Shown here piece by piece: positions 33,243-44,800 of a DNA stretch of 64,000 nt. Numbering within the stretch: position 1 is the first letter of the stretch; each line of letters starts with the position of its first letter. The position numbers and the translations under genes are program-made. Origin of the DNA: Azolla caroliniana (Eukaryota > Plantae > Polypodiophyta); NCBI GenBank assembly GCA_043228905.1, contig JBHGNT010000002.1, positions 18,104,001 through 18,168,000 on the forward strand. The letters run 5' to 3'. The notes under the pieces are model-generated. The model was not told the DNA's origin. It searched no databases and saw only the letters and a program-made list of their open reading frames with translations.

Positions 33243-36200
33243 TCATGACACTATCCCCCCTTTAAAACGACGAGTGTTACGGGTCGTCTTGGATTGAGGA
33301 CCTGGTTCGTGTGGATATTGACGATGGAAGTCTTCAAGAAGAGCACGAGCATTGGTCACATTCTCGATCGGTTCCCAAGTACGTTCGTTGGGGCTATAGC
33401 CTAGCCAATCGACTAGATAGTAGACCTTGTTGCGAACAATCTTGGAATCAAGGATGGCGGCAACCTCGTACTCCGGCCCATCTTCAAGCTCGATCGGGGG
33501 TGGAGGTTGGATAAGACGTCCTGGGATGGTGCTCTCGTGGTAGGGTTCGAGGAGAGAACTATGAAACACCGGATGTATCCGAAGTTGAGGAGATAGCTCG
33601 AGACGAAAAGCGACATCATTAATTTGTCCAATAATACAGAAAGGACCTAATCGCCGATAATCTAACTTCTCACATGGACGAGTAGTCTTGATGTGTCGTC
33701 GTATCAGCCACACCCGATCTCCAATATTAAAATTTGATGGAAGTCGATGACGATCCGCATAGACCTTGTGTGTTTGTTGAGTTTGTTGGAGATGAGTAGA
33801 TAAATCCGTTTGTATCTTGCGTAACTGCTCCAAACGATCCTCCGCGCACGGATTTGTGGACACTTTTGGGGTTTCAAGTACACTCCACCGGGGATGATAT
33901 CCCGTATAAGCATAAAATGGCGTAACTTTAGTGGATGCGTGGATAGAGTTGTTATAGGCAAATTCGGCGAAGTGGAGAATATCTGCCCAGTCATCTTGAT
34001 GATAGTTGAGAAAGCACCGCAGATACTGCTCCAATGTTTGATTTGTTCATTCAGCTTGGCCGTCGGTTTGTGGGTGGTAGCCGGAGGAGAGGTTACAAGT
34101 GACCTTGAGCATGTTAAAAAGGTGCTTCCAGAATTTTGACACGAATTGGGGTCCACGGTCGCTGATGATACTATCGAGAAGTCCATGATGCCGACATACT
34201 TCACGCATGACAATGTCGGCAGTGTCTTCACTGGAGATCTCCTTAGTACATGGCAAGAAATGAGCCATCTTCGTATATCGATCGACCACCGTTCGAATCG
34301 CATTGAACCCCTTAGAGACTAGAAGATCTGTGATGAAGTCTAGAGCAATGGATTGCCACGGCTTGCTTGGAATTGGTAATGGTTCTAATAAACCATATGG
34401 ATGATGCCTTGGCATTTTCGCTCTGCAACATGTATCACAAGTCCGAACAAAATCCTCGACAAATTGTCGCATACAAGGCCACCAGAATGTTCGTTGTACT
34501 AAAGGTAATGTTTTAGTACTACCAAAATGCCCAGCTGTATATGTGTCATGACAGTTTTGTACTACTCGAAGGCGGCAAGAACCATTAGGAACATACAAAA
34601 GTTCTTTAAAGAAGAGTAATCCATCATGGTATTTGAATTGCCGATAGTCCGTACCTGGTGGTTGCGACTGTGAACACGACACTCGAGAGGGATCAATTTG
34701 TGCTAGTATAGCTTGGGCGAACGCATCTGTCTTCAAGTCTTCACGTATGGTATCGATAACGCGGGAATCCATAGGCATGTCAAAGATTTGTGTTGCTTGT
34801 AGTCGTGCCGGTCCCAAGATGACTTGTTTTTGGTTATCGAAAGCCAGCTCCTCGGGACGGGGTGCTAGATACGAATGCCGTGATAATGCATCTGCCTTCC
34901 CTTGGTGCCTCCCCGAATGATATGTAATTTTGAAGTCGAAACGCGTGAGGAAGTGGGCCCACCAAGCTTGACGTCAATTCAACACACGAGCATCCTGAAA
35001 GTAGGCAAGATTCTTGTGGTCACTAAATACGGTGACTAGATGAGAGGATCCCTCCAGAAAATGCCTCCATTGCATAAAAGAATCCACTATTGCCAATAGC
35101 TCCTTATCATGAATTTCGTAGTTGATTTCAGCGGCATCAAACTTGCGTGAGTGAAAAGCCACAAGGTGTAGCTTCTCATCATTCCCCTGTTGTGACAGAA
35201 TGCTCCGCAATGCAAAATCCGATGTGTCAGCTTCGATAATGAATGGTTTTTCCGGATCGACATGAGCTAGAATTGGAGCCGATGTAAATGCCTTTTTAAG
35301 ACTCTCGAAAGCCATGTCCGTTTCTTCAGACCACATGAACGGTTGTCCCTTCCTGGTAAGTTGTGTGAGAGGTAGAACGATCTTTGAGTAATCTTGTATG
35401 AACTTCTGGTAAAAATTGGCAAAGCCTAAGAAGCATTGCACATCCCGCACTGAACGCGGAGTCTGCCATTCTACCACCGTTTTGACCTTAGCTGGGTCCA
35501 TGGAGATGCCTTCTGACGAAATGATGTAGCTGAGAAATTCCACTTGGTTGCACCCGAAACTACATTTTTCCAGCTTTGCATACAGACCATGTTCTCGAAG
35601 TCGTTTTAGTACTAATAGTACATGAGAATCATGTTCTTCTTGGGTCTTTGAATAAACTAGTAGATCATCCAAATAGATGATCAAATAATCATCCAATAGA
35701 TCTTGGAATATATCATTAGCCATGTGCTGGAAGACTACCGACGCATTAGTGAGGCCGAACGGCATGACCGTATACTCGAAGTGCCCATATCTGGTGCGAA
35801 ACGCGGTCTTCCATTCGTCTCCTGGTCAGATCCGTACGAGGTTATATGCTCCCCGTAAGTCGATCTTCGTGAAGAACCTGGCACCATTGATCCGTTCTAA
35901 AAAACTTGAGATAAGGGGAAGAGCATACCTATTCCTGATTGTAACCTTATTCAAGCCACGGTAATCTACAACGAGACGAAGCGATCCATCTTTTTTCTTG
36001 ACGAAGAAAATGGGCGCGCTAGTTGGAGATTTCGAATGCCGGATGAAACCATTTTCCAAATTCTCCTCTATATAGGCCCGAAGGACTTCCAGCTCAGTTG
36101 GTGACAAATTGTAGATCAGTCCCCATGGCGGCTCTTTTCCCGGTTGTAAATCGATGGGGCAATCGTACGGTCGATGATGAGGAATTGTGTTGGCTTGTAC

Positions 36201-36832
36201 TTTATCGAACACATCGACGTAATGACGATACTTCTCGGGAAGTTGAACGGTGGATTCTTCTTTAGTGTTGTTGGAGGGGTTTACTGATATTGCAAAGAGG
36301 AACATTTCCTCCTTGCGCCCTTCTTTATGCAACTGACGTAGCGAAATGGTTGCCATCTTTTGAGTTGACCCTTGGGTTTGTCGACACCGGATTTCTCTTG
36401 TTCTCCAATCTATGTCTAGGTTATGTAACTCGAACCACGGTAATCCTAAAACTATAGGATGTTCTAGGATACTAATAATATTAAATGATACTACACATGC
36501 TAAGTTATCTAGGACAATATTAATGGGCTCTGACTCTTCTATGATATTTCTGGAAGCAATGGGACGTCCATCAATGACTACTACAAAGGCTGGACATTGG
36601 AGTTTTCTTAGGGATATCTTATGAGCTTGAGCAAATTTCTTATCGATAAAGCAAGAGTTAGCTCCGGAATCTAGGAGTGCTAGGACACGTACTGGAGGGG
36701 TACTTTTAGTACTAACTATTACTTGGGCTACGAACACATCACTAACTTGCTTAGAGGGAATGGAACCACTAATGGGCTGCACAGATCTAGGACTGTCCAA
36801 CCAAACGGCTCCTATTTTGGCTGGACTTAGTC
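33243..36832 (-). pseudogene. pol (PR-RT-RH-INT-chromodomain) of the Tcn1-like element, several stops
   Basis: ORF pieces 35826-36800, 34974-35765, 34047-34817, 33243-34034. Confidence 0.93.
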
Positions 36833-36839
36833 GTTTAAC
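36788..36839 (-). promoter_or_regulatory. -1 programmed ribosomal frameshift signal (G_UUA_AAC + 6-nt spacer + pseudoknot)
   Basis: gag frame ..GAG TTA AAC GAC TAA; -1 frame opens into pol (KRLSPAKIGAVWLDSPRSV); 11-bp stem GTCCAGCCAAA/TTTGGTTGGAC; loop TAGGA pairs with downstream TCCTA. Confidence 0.85.
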
Positions 36840-37979
36840 TCTTCTTCTAACTGACTAAGGACATCAAATTTGTTTGCTAGATCTGGGATATTAGTACTAT
36901 TAGGACTATCAGATATCCCTACTGAAATAGGCTCGGGTTTAGTACAATTAGAACTTGCGACTATTTGGTTTACCTGTCTTCTTGGCCTATGGGGGCAATT
37001 TATTGCGATATGTCCTGGTCCACCGCAGTAAAGACATAGTCAATTTGTACGGTGTCGCTGCTTTTCTTCTTCGGATAATGGCCCTCGACGACGTGCAGTG
37101 TCAATCTCCATCAGAGTCGGAGTATTCACTGGAGGCGCATTATATGCCTCCCTTGAAAAAGGTCTTGCTACCACTGAGGCGTAGGGGGGGCTCTGATCTT
37201 GCCCTCGGCTTCTGTAGCTGTCGTTTTGAACGTCGCTCAAAGAGGCGGTTGTCACATCTCACCGTGCGACTGATTGCTTCTGTTAAGGACTTTGGCTCTT
37301 CGGGGAAGGTCAAGAGTAAATCCTTGACGTCGTTGCGTAAACCATAACGGAATTGCTCCATCAACGCTTGATCATCCCAAGGAATATCAGCGGTGAGTAG
37401 GCGAAAATCTGCAACGTATACGGAAGCTGGACGGTCACCTTGGCGTAATCGCCAGATTTTGTTGATTGCGGTCCTGATGCTGTCAGTATCTCCGAAACAT
37501 GCTTTAAACTCACCTAGAAACTCTTCAAAATTGTTGAGTAACGGAGATTCCTTTTCTAATAGTGGAGTGAACCATGACAATGGTAAGCCACTTAACAAAG
37601 TGCCTACTAAACCCACTCGTGATGCATCGGTGGGATATCGGGAAGGATGCATTTGAATAACTAATCGTACCTAGTTAAGGAACCGTCTAAACTGCGTTCG
37701 TGTTCCATCGAACTTCGTGGGAAGGCCAATCTTGGGTTCTTTATGAATCCCTTGTGTTCCGTGCCCTTGTTGTTGCATCGCTACGATGGTTGCTTCGAGT
37801 TGTTGCACGCGTAACGCAAGTTCCCCATGCTGTTGTTGTGTTTGCTGCTTTTCTAAGGAGATTTGCTGAAGATCCCCCAGCAACTGTTGGTTTTCTTGTT
37901 CCAAAGCATGGAACTTCTCCTTCAAGCATTGAAATTCCGAGAAAACAAATTGATATTCTTCAGCACTAATAGTGGCCAT
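36827..37979 (-). pseudogene. gag of the Tcn1-like element
   Basis: EPKIGLPTKFDG..FLN, LLNNFEEFLGEFKACFGD, CLYCGGPGHIAINC; two stops and a frameshift. Confidence 0.9.
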
Positions 37980-38038
37980 GGGATGGAAGAAAAGAGGAAT
38001 AAAAGATTAGTAGGAAATGAGAGAGACAGAAGGTAGGG

Positions 38039-38051
38039 CAAATTGGTTCAA
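38039..38051 (-). other. Self-priming PBS (complementary to the predicted transcript 5' end, not to a tRNA)
   Basis: TTGAACCAATTTG, 2 nt after the 5' LTR, is the exact complement of CAAATTGGTTCAA (38277-38265), which begins 32 nt downstream of TATAAAA. Confidence 0.85.
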
Positions 38052-41000
38052 ACTGTCAGGAACAGTACTGAGACAGAGAAGGAATTAGTACTAAACGAAG
38101 GATTAGTACTATGAGAGGTGTGGAACTTCTTCGAGAGAGAGAAGGAAGAAGTGAGCGAGACGGAGAGAAAGAGAGAGATCGAGAGAGAGAGTGTGTGATG
38201 ATAAGAAAGATATGTATTATATGAAGAGAATATACAATGGTGGCTAAAAGGCTTAAGACTGGCGTTGAACCAATTTGGTTCAACATAATGCCTAGTGCCC
38301 TCTTTTATAGTGTTTTCAGGAGTAATCCTGAAGCTTCTAGAATGTTCCAGAGAAATCTGGAATATACACTTAATTTCCTATAATAAAATGTTAATGAAAA
38401 TAATATCCTATGTATTACAATTGATGATCTAATGGTCAAGAGCTCAACCCATATAACCTAAGGTCATGGGTTCGAGTTTTGCCATATCATGACAGTACGG
38501 CTTTTGATTATGAGAGGGGATCAATAAGACCCAATCCTCCTCTCGACTTAGGTTATGTGAGTATAGGCCATGCCACCTTGGCCCGAGATGCATGATCTTC
38601 CTTACCAGACCAAATGTAGTTGCGTACCAATCGTTGAATCTGGTGTATACTTTCCTTGGAGATTGTCCAACATGATATGTTGTACCATGTTGTTGCGAGT
38701 AATACCTAGTTTGCCACTATGATGTGCCCCACTAGCGAGAGTTTTGTCGAATGGAGTGAATAACTAGTGCAATCATAGTCTCCGGAGGTATGTTGAACCC
38801 AATTTAGAAACCCAAATATTTGGTGGTCGCTCCTTGATTGATCCACTTGAAAGCAGGATGGGGGTGCCACGCAGGATGTGCTTCATGAGAAAGCCATATT
38901 GCACAGAATTTGTGCCAATTGATCATGACATTGGATCTCTTGCAAAATACGTCTAGACCACTTTCTAGCTTTTGTAGATTTTCCAAGTCCCCTTGTAGGT
39001 AAACAGGAGGCTTTGGTCAACATGTGGCACACGAAGACCACGTAGGTTTAGATGTCGCGAGTCGAGAAAGCAAGAAAATGCTTTGGAGTATAATAGAAAT
39101 AAGGATGGAGCTAAAGGGCATCCCTGTCGTACAGACTGCGATATTCGGAAGAAGGAACCTCTTTCACCTACTAATGAAACACCATTGTTGGCGTTCCTAT
39201 AAAGTTCTGCAATGCCTTGGATCCATTACTCTTGAAAGCCGAGTTTCCCCATCACACTTTCTAGAAAGTTCCAGCATACCCTGTCATATGCTTTCTCAAA
39301 ATCTAGGAGCATCACAACTACCTTGTTGTTGGTACGCTTGCAAGGTCTACTCCTTCCCAAAAAGAGAAAAGGTTGTCTAGGATGCTCCGATTACTAACGA
39401 AACATGTCTGGGACAGATGAATGAGTTGAGGGAGAAGTGGTGCTAAGCAGCGTGCCACGGTTCTTGCAAGCAACTTATTGACAGTATTGAGAAGAGTTAT
39501 GGGTCGCCACTTACTAATGTCGTTGGCACTCCCACCACTTTTAGGAATGAGATGTATCATCCCCTATCCAAATTTCTCTAGCATGTTTCCAAAGGTGATG
39601 ATCTCCTCTTATGCTTGGAGGATGTCTTCTTTAATAGTATCCCAAAGGCACGTGAAAAAGTGAGGGGTGCAGCCGTTGATTCGGGAGCAACTATCTGCAT
39701 CCAAATCGGAGAGGGCCTCTCGTATCTCGATGTTTGATAAGGGACGCAAAATCCATGTATTCATATCTGACGTGACTTTCTCGGGTATGCTCTGGAGGAT
39801 AATATCTTGTCTTATGTCTTCCCCTGTGGCTATATTATCTTCAGTAAGTAGTCGCTTATAGTAACTTGTGGCAATATTCCTCATTTCGTCGCTGCCCTCC
39901 CTTCCCTTCTAGGGCCTAGCCTACATAAATGCGGTCGATGCAAGATAGGGTGGGTCCACTATTTCACCCATCTGATCGGGAGAATAAGAGAGAGTCCCTT
40001 TTTCGTTGGAAGTTGTCAGAGTCCCATCTATCTCTCAAGTTAAGGACTTGTACACATAACTGCTCGCATTGTTTTTGTTCTCTTCCTTGTAGAACTATGG
40101 GATTGTTGTTGGAGCTATCGTGAAGGGATTCGATCATATTAAAATCCCCTCCAATGCACCACTCCTCCGCATCAGCTACTTGTAGGCGAATGCCCGTTCT
40201 GTGCTGCTATTTGGAGCATAAACATTCATGAAATTGTAAGCTATAATTTGTTTTGTTATTGTGGTAGTTGTTCTAATTCTTCCTTTTTGTTTGATGCAAG
40301 GTCATATTTATTCTAATATACAAAAAAACATTATCGGTTTGGAAATGATGCCTCCGTGGTAGACACTAGAAAGCATAGCATTTATGTATTACTTCAAATA
40401 AAACATATGTTTAAAAACAATCTATTTTGGAGATTGTTGACGAGTCCTCAAGGAATCTTTGGAGGGCATCTTCTGACATAAACCATTGACATTGGAATTG
40501 TTGTTCAACACTATGATTTACATAAAGAATTTCTCTAATATGGTTCTATTTCTCAAACAAACAGTTTACAAATATATTTATGACACGAACAGTTCATGGA
40601 GTATGCTTTACACAACGAACAAAACATTTCCCAAGTATGTCTCAATATAGACCAAAAACGTGAAATGTTTGTTATGGGTAGCACAAGAATCGATTTACTA
40701 AAGTATTGATACCATAAGGAGCTTGGTTTTTTCTTTTAACGTCCAAACACGGTAATAACGAACACGTCATTATTCAACCACCAAATTGAATGTGATAACA
40801 TGTAGGCGTAATCAGTTCAATAATGCAAAGGGGTATGCATTCGTGATTAGTTGGAGGAAAAAGCAAGATAGAGAGGATCACCCCCCCCAAAACAAAAGAC
40901 CCTCTTTGGGGCACCACCTAAATGGGAAGTACGCTCAAAAGAGCTTGTTTGGGGCCCACATTTTGGGCTGGCTCCCAATAATGTAGGTTTGCGAGTTCTT

Positions 41001-41199
41001 TTGTTGAGTGCGACTACATATGTACTAGTAACTACATACTACTAATGTAGTAACTAACATGTTGTAGAAAAGCGACCCATCAATTATATACATATACGGT
41101 GCATAAATAAATATATATATAGAGAGAGAGAGAGAGGGAGAGAGAGATTTTATAATAATTGTATTTATGGGCATATGTACATATGTATTATGGATGGAA

Positions 41200-41642
41200 G
41201 GAAATTCAATTGACGCGTGGCAGGAGGCTTTAATTCTAGAAAATGGGTAAAGGAGAATGCTTCCTTTTTATGAAGAGAGAAAGGCGGGCGGGCCCCTCAA
41301 GGAAGGGGATATCTGACCACTGTTCGGCAGACACGTGCCCCCAGCCACTCGCGGTAAATCACGTGAACCATTTTAAATTTATTTATTTTACGTCACATAT
41401 TTGATTACCACGTCCAAGCGAATTTGTTTTTTAAGACAAATAGACGACGAAGTATGTGTGTACATAATATGTACATAGATACATACATAAATATGTATGG
41501 CATAAATAACAATAATTAATAAATAAAAAATAAAAAAAATAAAAGGTATTTAAAGAAGAAATAGGCGGTGGGGAGATAAAAACAAAAGCGACAGCCGAGC
41601 GAGAGCGAGAGAGTCTGAGAAAGAAAAGAGGCGGGGCGGGCT

Positions 41643-41677
<35 letters not shown>

Positions 41678-41682
41678 GTTGG
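41200..41682 (+). promoter_or_regulatory. MADS proximal promoter/5' UTR with ACGT-core boxes and a GA repeat
   Basis: GACACGTG ~41331, TCACGTGA ~41359, TACGTCA, CCACGTC, ACGCGTG; (GA)n ~41645-41674 just before the ATG. Confidence 0.55.
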
Positions 41683-41864
41683 ATGGGTCGCTGCAAGATA
41701 CAGATCAAGCGTATCGAGAACGCGACCAGCCGGCAGGTGACCTTCTGCAAGCGCCGGGTGGGGTTGGTGAAGAAGGCACGTGAGCTCTCCGTCCTCTGCG
41801 ATGCCGACGTGGCCCTCATCATTTCCTCCAGCTCCGGCAAGCTCTACCACTTCGCCTGCCCCCG
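41683..41864 (+). CDS. MADS exon 1 (M domain)
   Basis: 182 nt; donor CG|GTATCT. Confidence 0.95.
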
Positions 41865-44800
41865 GTATCTCCTTCCATCCATCAGGCCATCCCATCCCAT
41901 CCCATCCATTCTTTCGTGCCGTATTATTAGTCACGATTTTGCTTGCCTCTTTTTTCTCAGCCGTTTGGAAGATATCATTCAGATTTACCGCACTCACAGC
42001 CAGCATGATTTACCGCTCTCTATGGACTCCACCCAGCTGCCTTCCCCAGCTTTTCATCCTGTGAGTCCCTTGCCATTAATTTGAATATTGAAAATTTGGC
42101 TTCTCTTCTTGCTTTCTGGAATTATTTGTGTTTTATCTAGCAATTATTGCCAGCCTTGCTTTATTTTATGCTCATTTGCAGACATCATATTGTTTAATAT
42201 GGAAATATATATTAAGTAATGAGCAATTCGCCAGCGTTGCATAATTCAGCTGGGCCGTCATCCACTGTATGTTTTGAGTTTGGACCATCCATTTGCCTTT
42301 GAGTGGCAAGTGTTTGTCTTGTTACTTTGGATCTTCCTATCTTTATAGGAAAACCCTTAATAAGCTCCCTTGATTAGTATGGAATAGGTCCTGTGATCCA
42401 GCTGCTCAGCTACGTACTTTATATGCGAGCAGCATATGAAAATATTACATTAAGAAATTTTTGGATACAAAATTGGGCCCAAATTAGGCCTTCTAAGAAA
42501 AGCCATATCGTTATCTCTTAGAGTGAACTTTATCCATTTGAGGGATGGTTTTTGTTAATGGGTTTTAAGTAAATGTCATGTGTTATTCAAAAAGGTCTAC
42601 CATGAAATTCTCCCACTTTCTTATTGGTAAGGGAGAATCATCAGGATTTGTTCCAAGATCTTAACAGGCCAAAGATTAGATCCAAATTTTCCTGATATAT
42701 TTAGTCCTGACCTTCATTTGAGAAGCTTGAGATATTGTGCCATTTGGAATATGCTTTAGCCTTGAATCCCATGTTGATTAGGGTTTGTTCCAAAAACGTT
42801 GTCGGACAAAATGTGTGTCCAAGCAGATGTTTTGAACCAGGAGAGCCTAGAGTGTGAGAAGGAACGGAAGAAGAAGAGAAGGAAGACACAAAGCCAATCC
42901 ACCAAACGAGCAAATCCCAAACCGTGAGCAACAACTTTTCGCAGACACCACTAAACTCAATAGCAAGCTCCTCTGGACAAGCTTTCCAATGAGCTATAGG
43001 ACTGCCTGCACAACCAACCCTAAAATGGAAAAGAAGGAAGTACGGGAACAGATAATCTGTCTTCCAGAAAAACATTTCCCACGATCTGCTAAAAGTTTCC
43101 CAACATTACCATACGTTCAAATCACATCTTCCACCAAAAATTTCGGAACAGTCGATGTAGACTTGTTTCGGAGTGGCCTTCCTTCCAACTGATTGGACAA
43201 ATCTTCACAAGCAAGAACCAGGTACTTCATCTGATTCTGACATTGGGGTCATTTTGGAATATATTTTATATAATATGCTAGGGAAAACCTCCATTCAAGC
43301 ACATCCTATTGTTCTCTCTACGTCCTTTATGTCATCGTTTTGATATTCATGCACTCCTATACAATGGCATGGTGGTTGGTTGTGTTTTATTAATTCCTAC
43401 CTTTCCATTATTGGAATGGCATCAGTTTGGAGGATATATTGGCAACGTGCTTTCTTTACAGGATAGATTTAAATAGCATTATGCACTAAGATATGTCATT
43501 AACCACTGCTAAGACATGTCATTGAAATGATGTTGAAACCATATTAGCAGGCTATAGCTAGAATAGTCAACTCTGCACTCATCATGACGTTAAAAACATA
43601 GAAACTAGGTACTATGTTGTCGTCATAAGGCTATGCCCATTATAATATAGATTATGATAATCTAATAGAATCTCCTAAAGTATCTGCAAAATCTGCAAAG
43701 TTCGAGGGCATCAGCTTGGGGGATATGTTTGCGACATGCCTTTCAAGATTTTGGTTTCAATAGCATTAAGGACCACCTTTAAAGGCTAATTTTTGTCTCT
43801 TTAGGAGTCAAAAAAGTGTGAAATGGATTATTTTGGTTCTTGGAACAAATCCGTAATGGTTAGCTGGGGTATGTGGCCATTTAGGAACTTAACGAATTTA
43901 GCTATGTAAAGAACTTTCACAAGCTACCCCTTTGAGATGGCATCATGTTGAACTGTGTCAAATGTAGTAGAATAACCGGTAAACCATGAAAATCACCCAT
44001 TAAATTTGTTGCATATGTCTATGCTCGTAACAATACTAAATAATTATTATTATTATTATTATTATAATATTGATAATATAATAGGATCTCGACTTTTCCT
44101 AGCCTTAAAACCATGAAAATTAGGCTTTAAATTTGGTGCAGAAGGCTCTGCTGATAACAATAATAAATCATAATAATGTAATAGGATGTGCTCAAGTTTC
44201 CGGCAATAAGACATTTTACTCTAGTAGTTTGTATATCGCATTGAATTTGATTTAGCCATATTATTGCATATTCTAGACTTATGTCAGCCATCTCTCAATC
44301 TTGATGTTAATGTTTAGATTATGAAAACGCGTTCTGAAGTATGGCACTAAAATTTTATAAGAGTAACACATATATTGCGCAACATTGCAGAGAAAATAAT
44401 GTTTTGATATTCCCATTAACGACGTTCAAAACATTGTCCAAAAAAGGAGAAAATATCAAGGATTTATCCGTTAAGGCACACATCAACATAAGATATTAGC
44501 AAAATGTATGAGAAGTAAATATTCATAGTGTGTTGATAATTGTGCTTCAAAATTGATATTTGCATCTCTTCAAGTTGCACAACAAAAATGTTATTCGTCT
44601 TGAAAACTGCCCATTCTATTGTATTGAGCATTGTAGTTTAAACTGGTTCTGCCATTAATATAGGTGATTGGGCTTTAGCAAAAACTTGAGGGTTACAAAA
44701 GATATTCAAGAAAGGAATATAATCTTGACAAAAATATACTAATAAGCTATATGTAAACCTCATAGAGTATTTTAGCTCCTTCCCTAATGGTTCTTGATCT

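Larger units (their letters stand above)
32810..38494 (-). mobile_element. Full-length Tcn1-like (fungal/Tf1-sushi type) chromovirus, decayed ORFs
   Basis: 441-bp LTRs 32810-33250 and 38054-38494 (~8 differences); TSD GTAGG/GTACG; PPT AAAGGGGGGATAG; PEG10-like gag; LLDSGANSCF; YLDDLLVYS; group-I chromodomain EYEVAAILDS..YLVDWLGY..TWEP. Confidence 0.96.
32075..40240 (-). mobile_element. Decayed LINE, copy 2 (EN-RT-C-terminal region), split by the Tcn1-like element
   Basis: MNVYAPN at ~40230, GGDFN, RT motifs 39560-38804; reads ..SKA|LLAKFVV.. across the insertion; post-RT ORF 32107-32754. Confidence 0.85.

Noticed and set aside
42600-43230. Short ORFs / LTR-like segment in intron 2
   Set aside because: No domain similarity, defined termini or TSD; not supportable as an exon or element.
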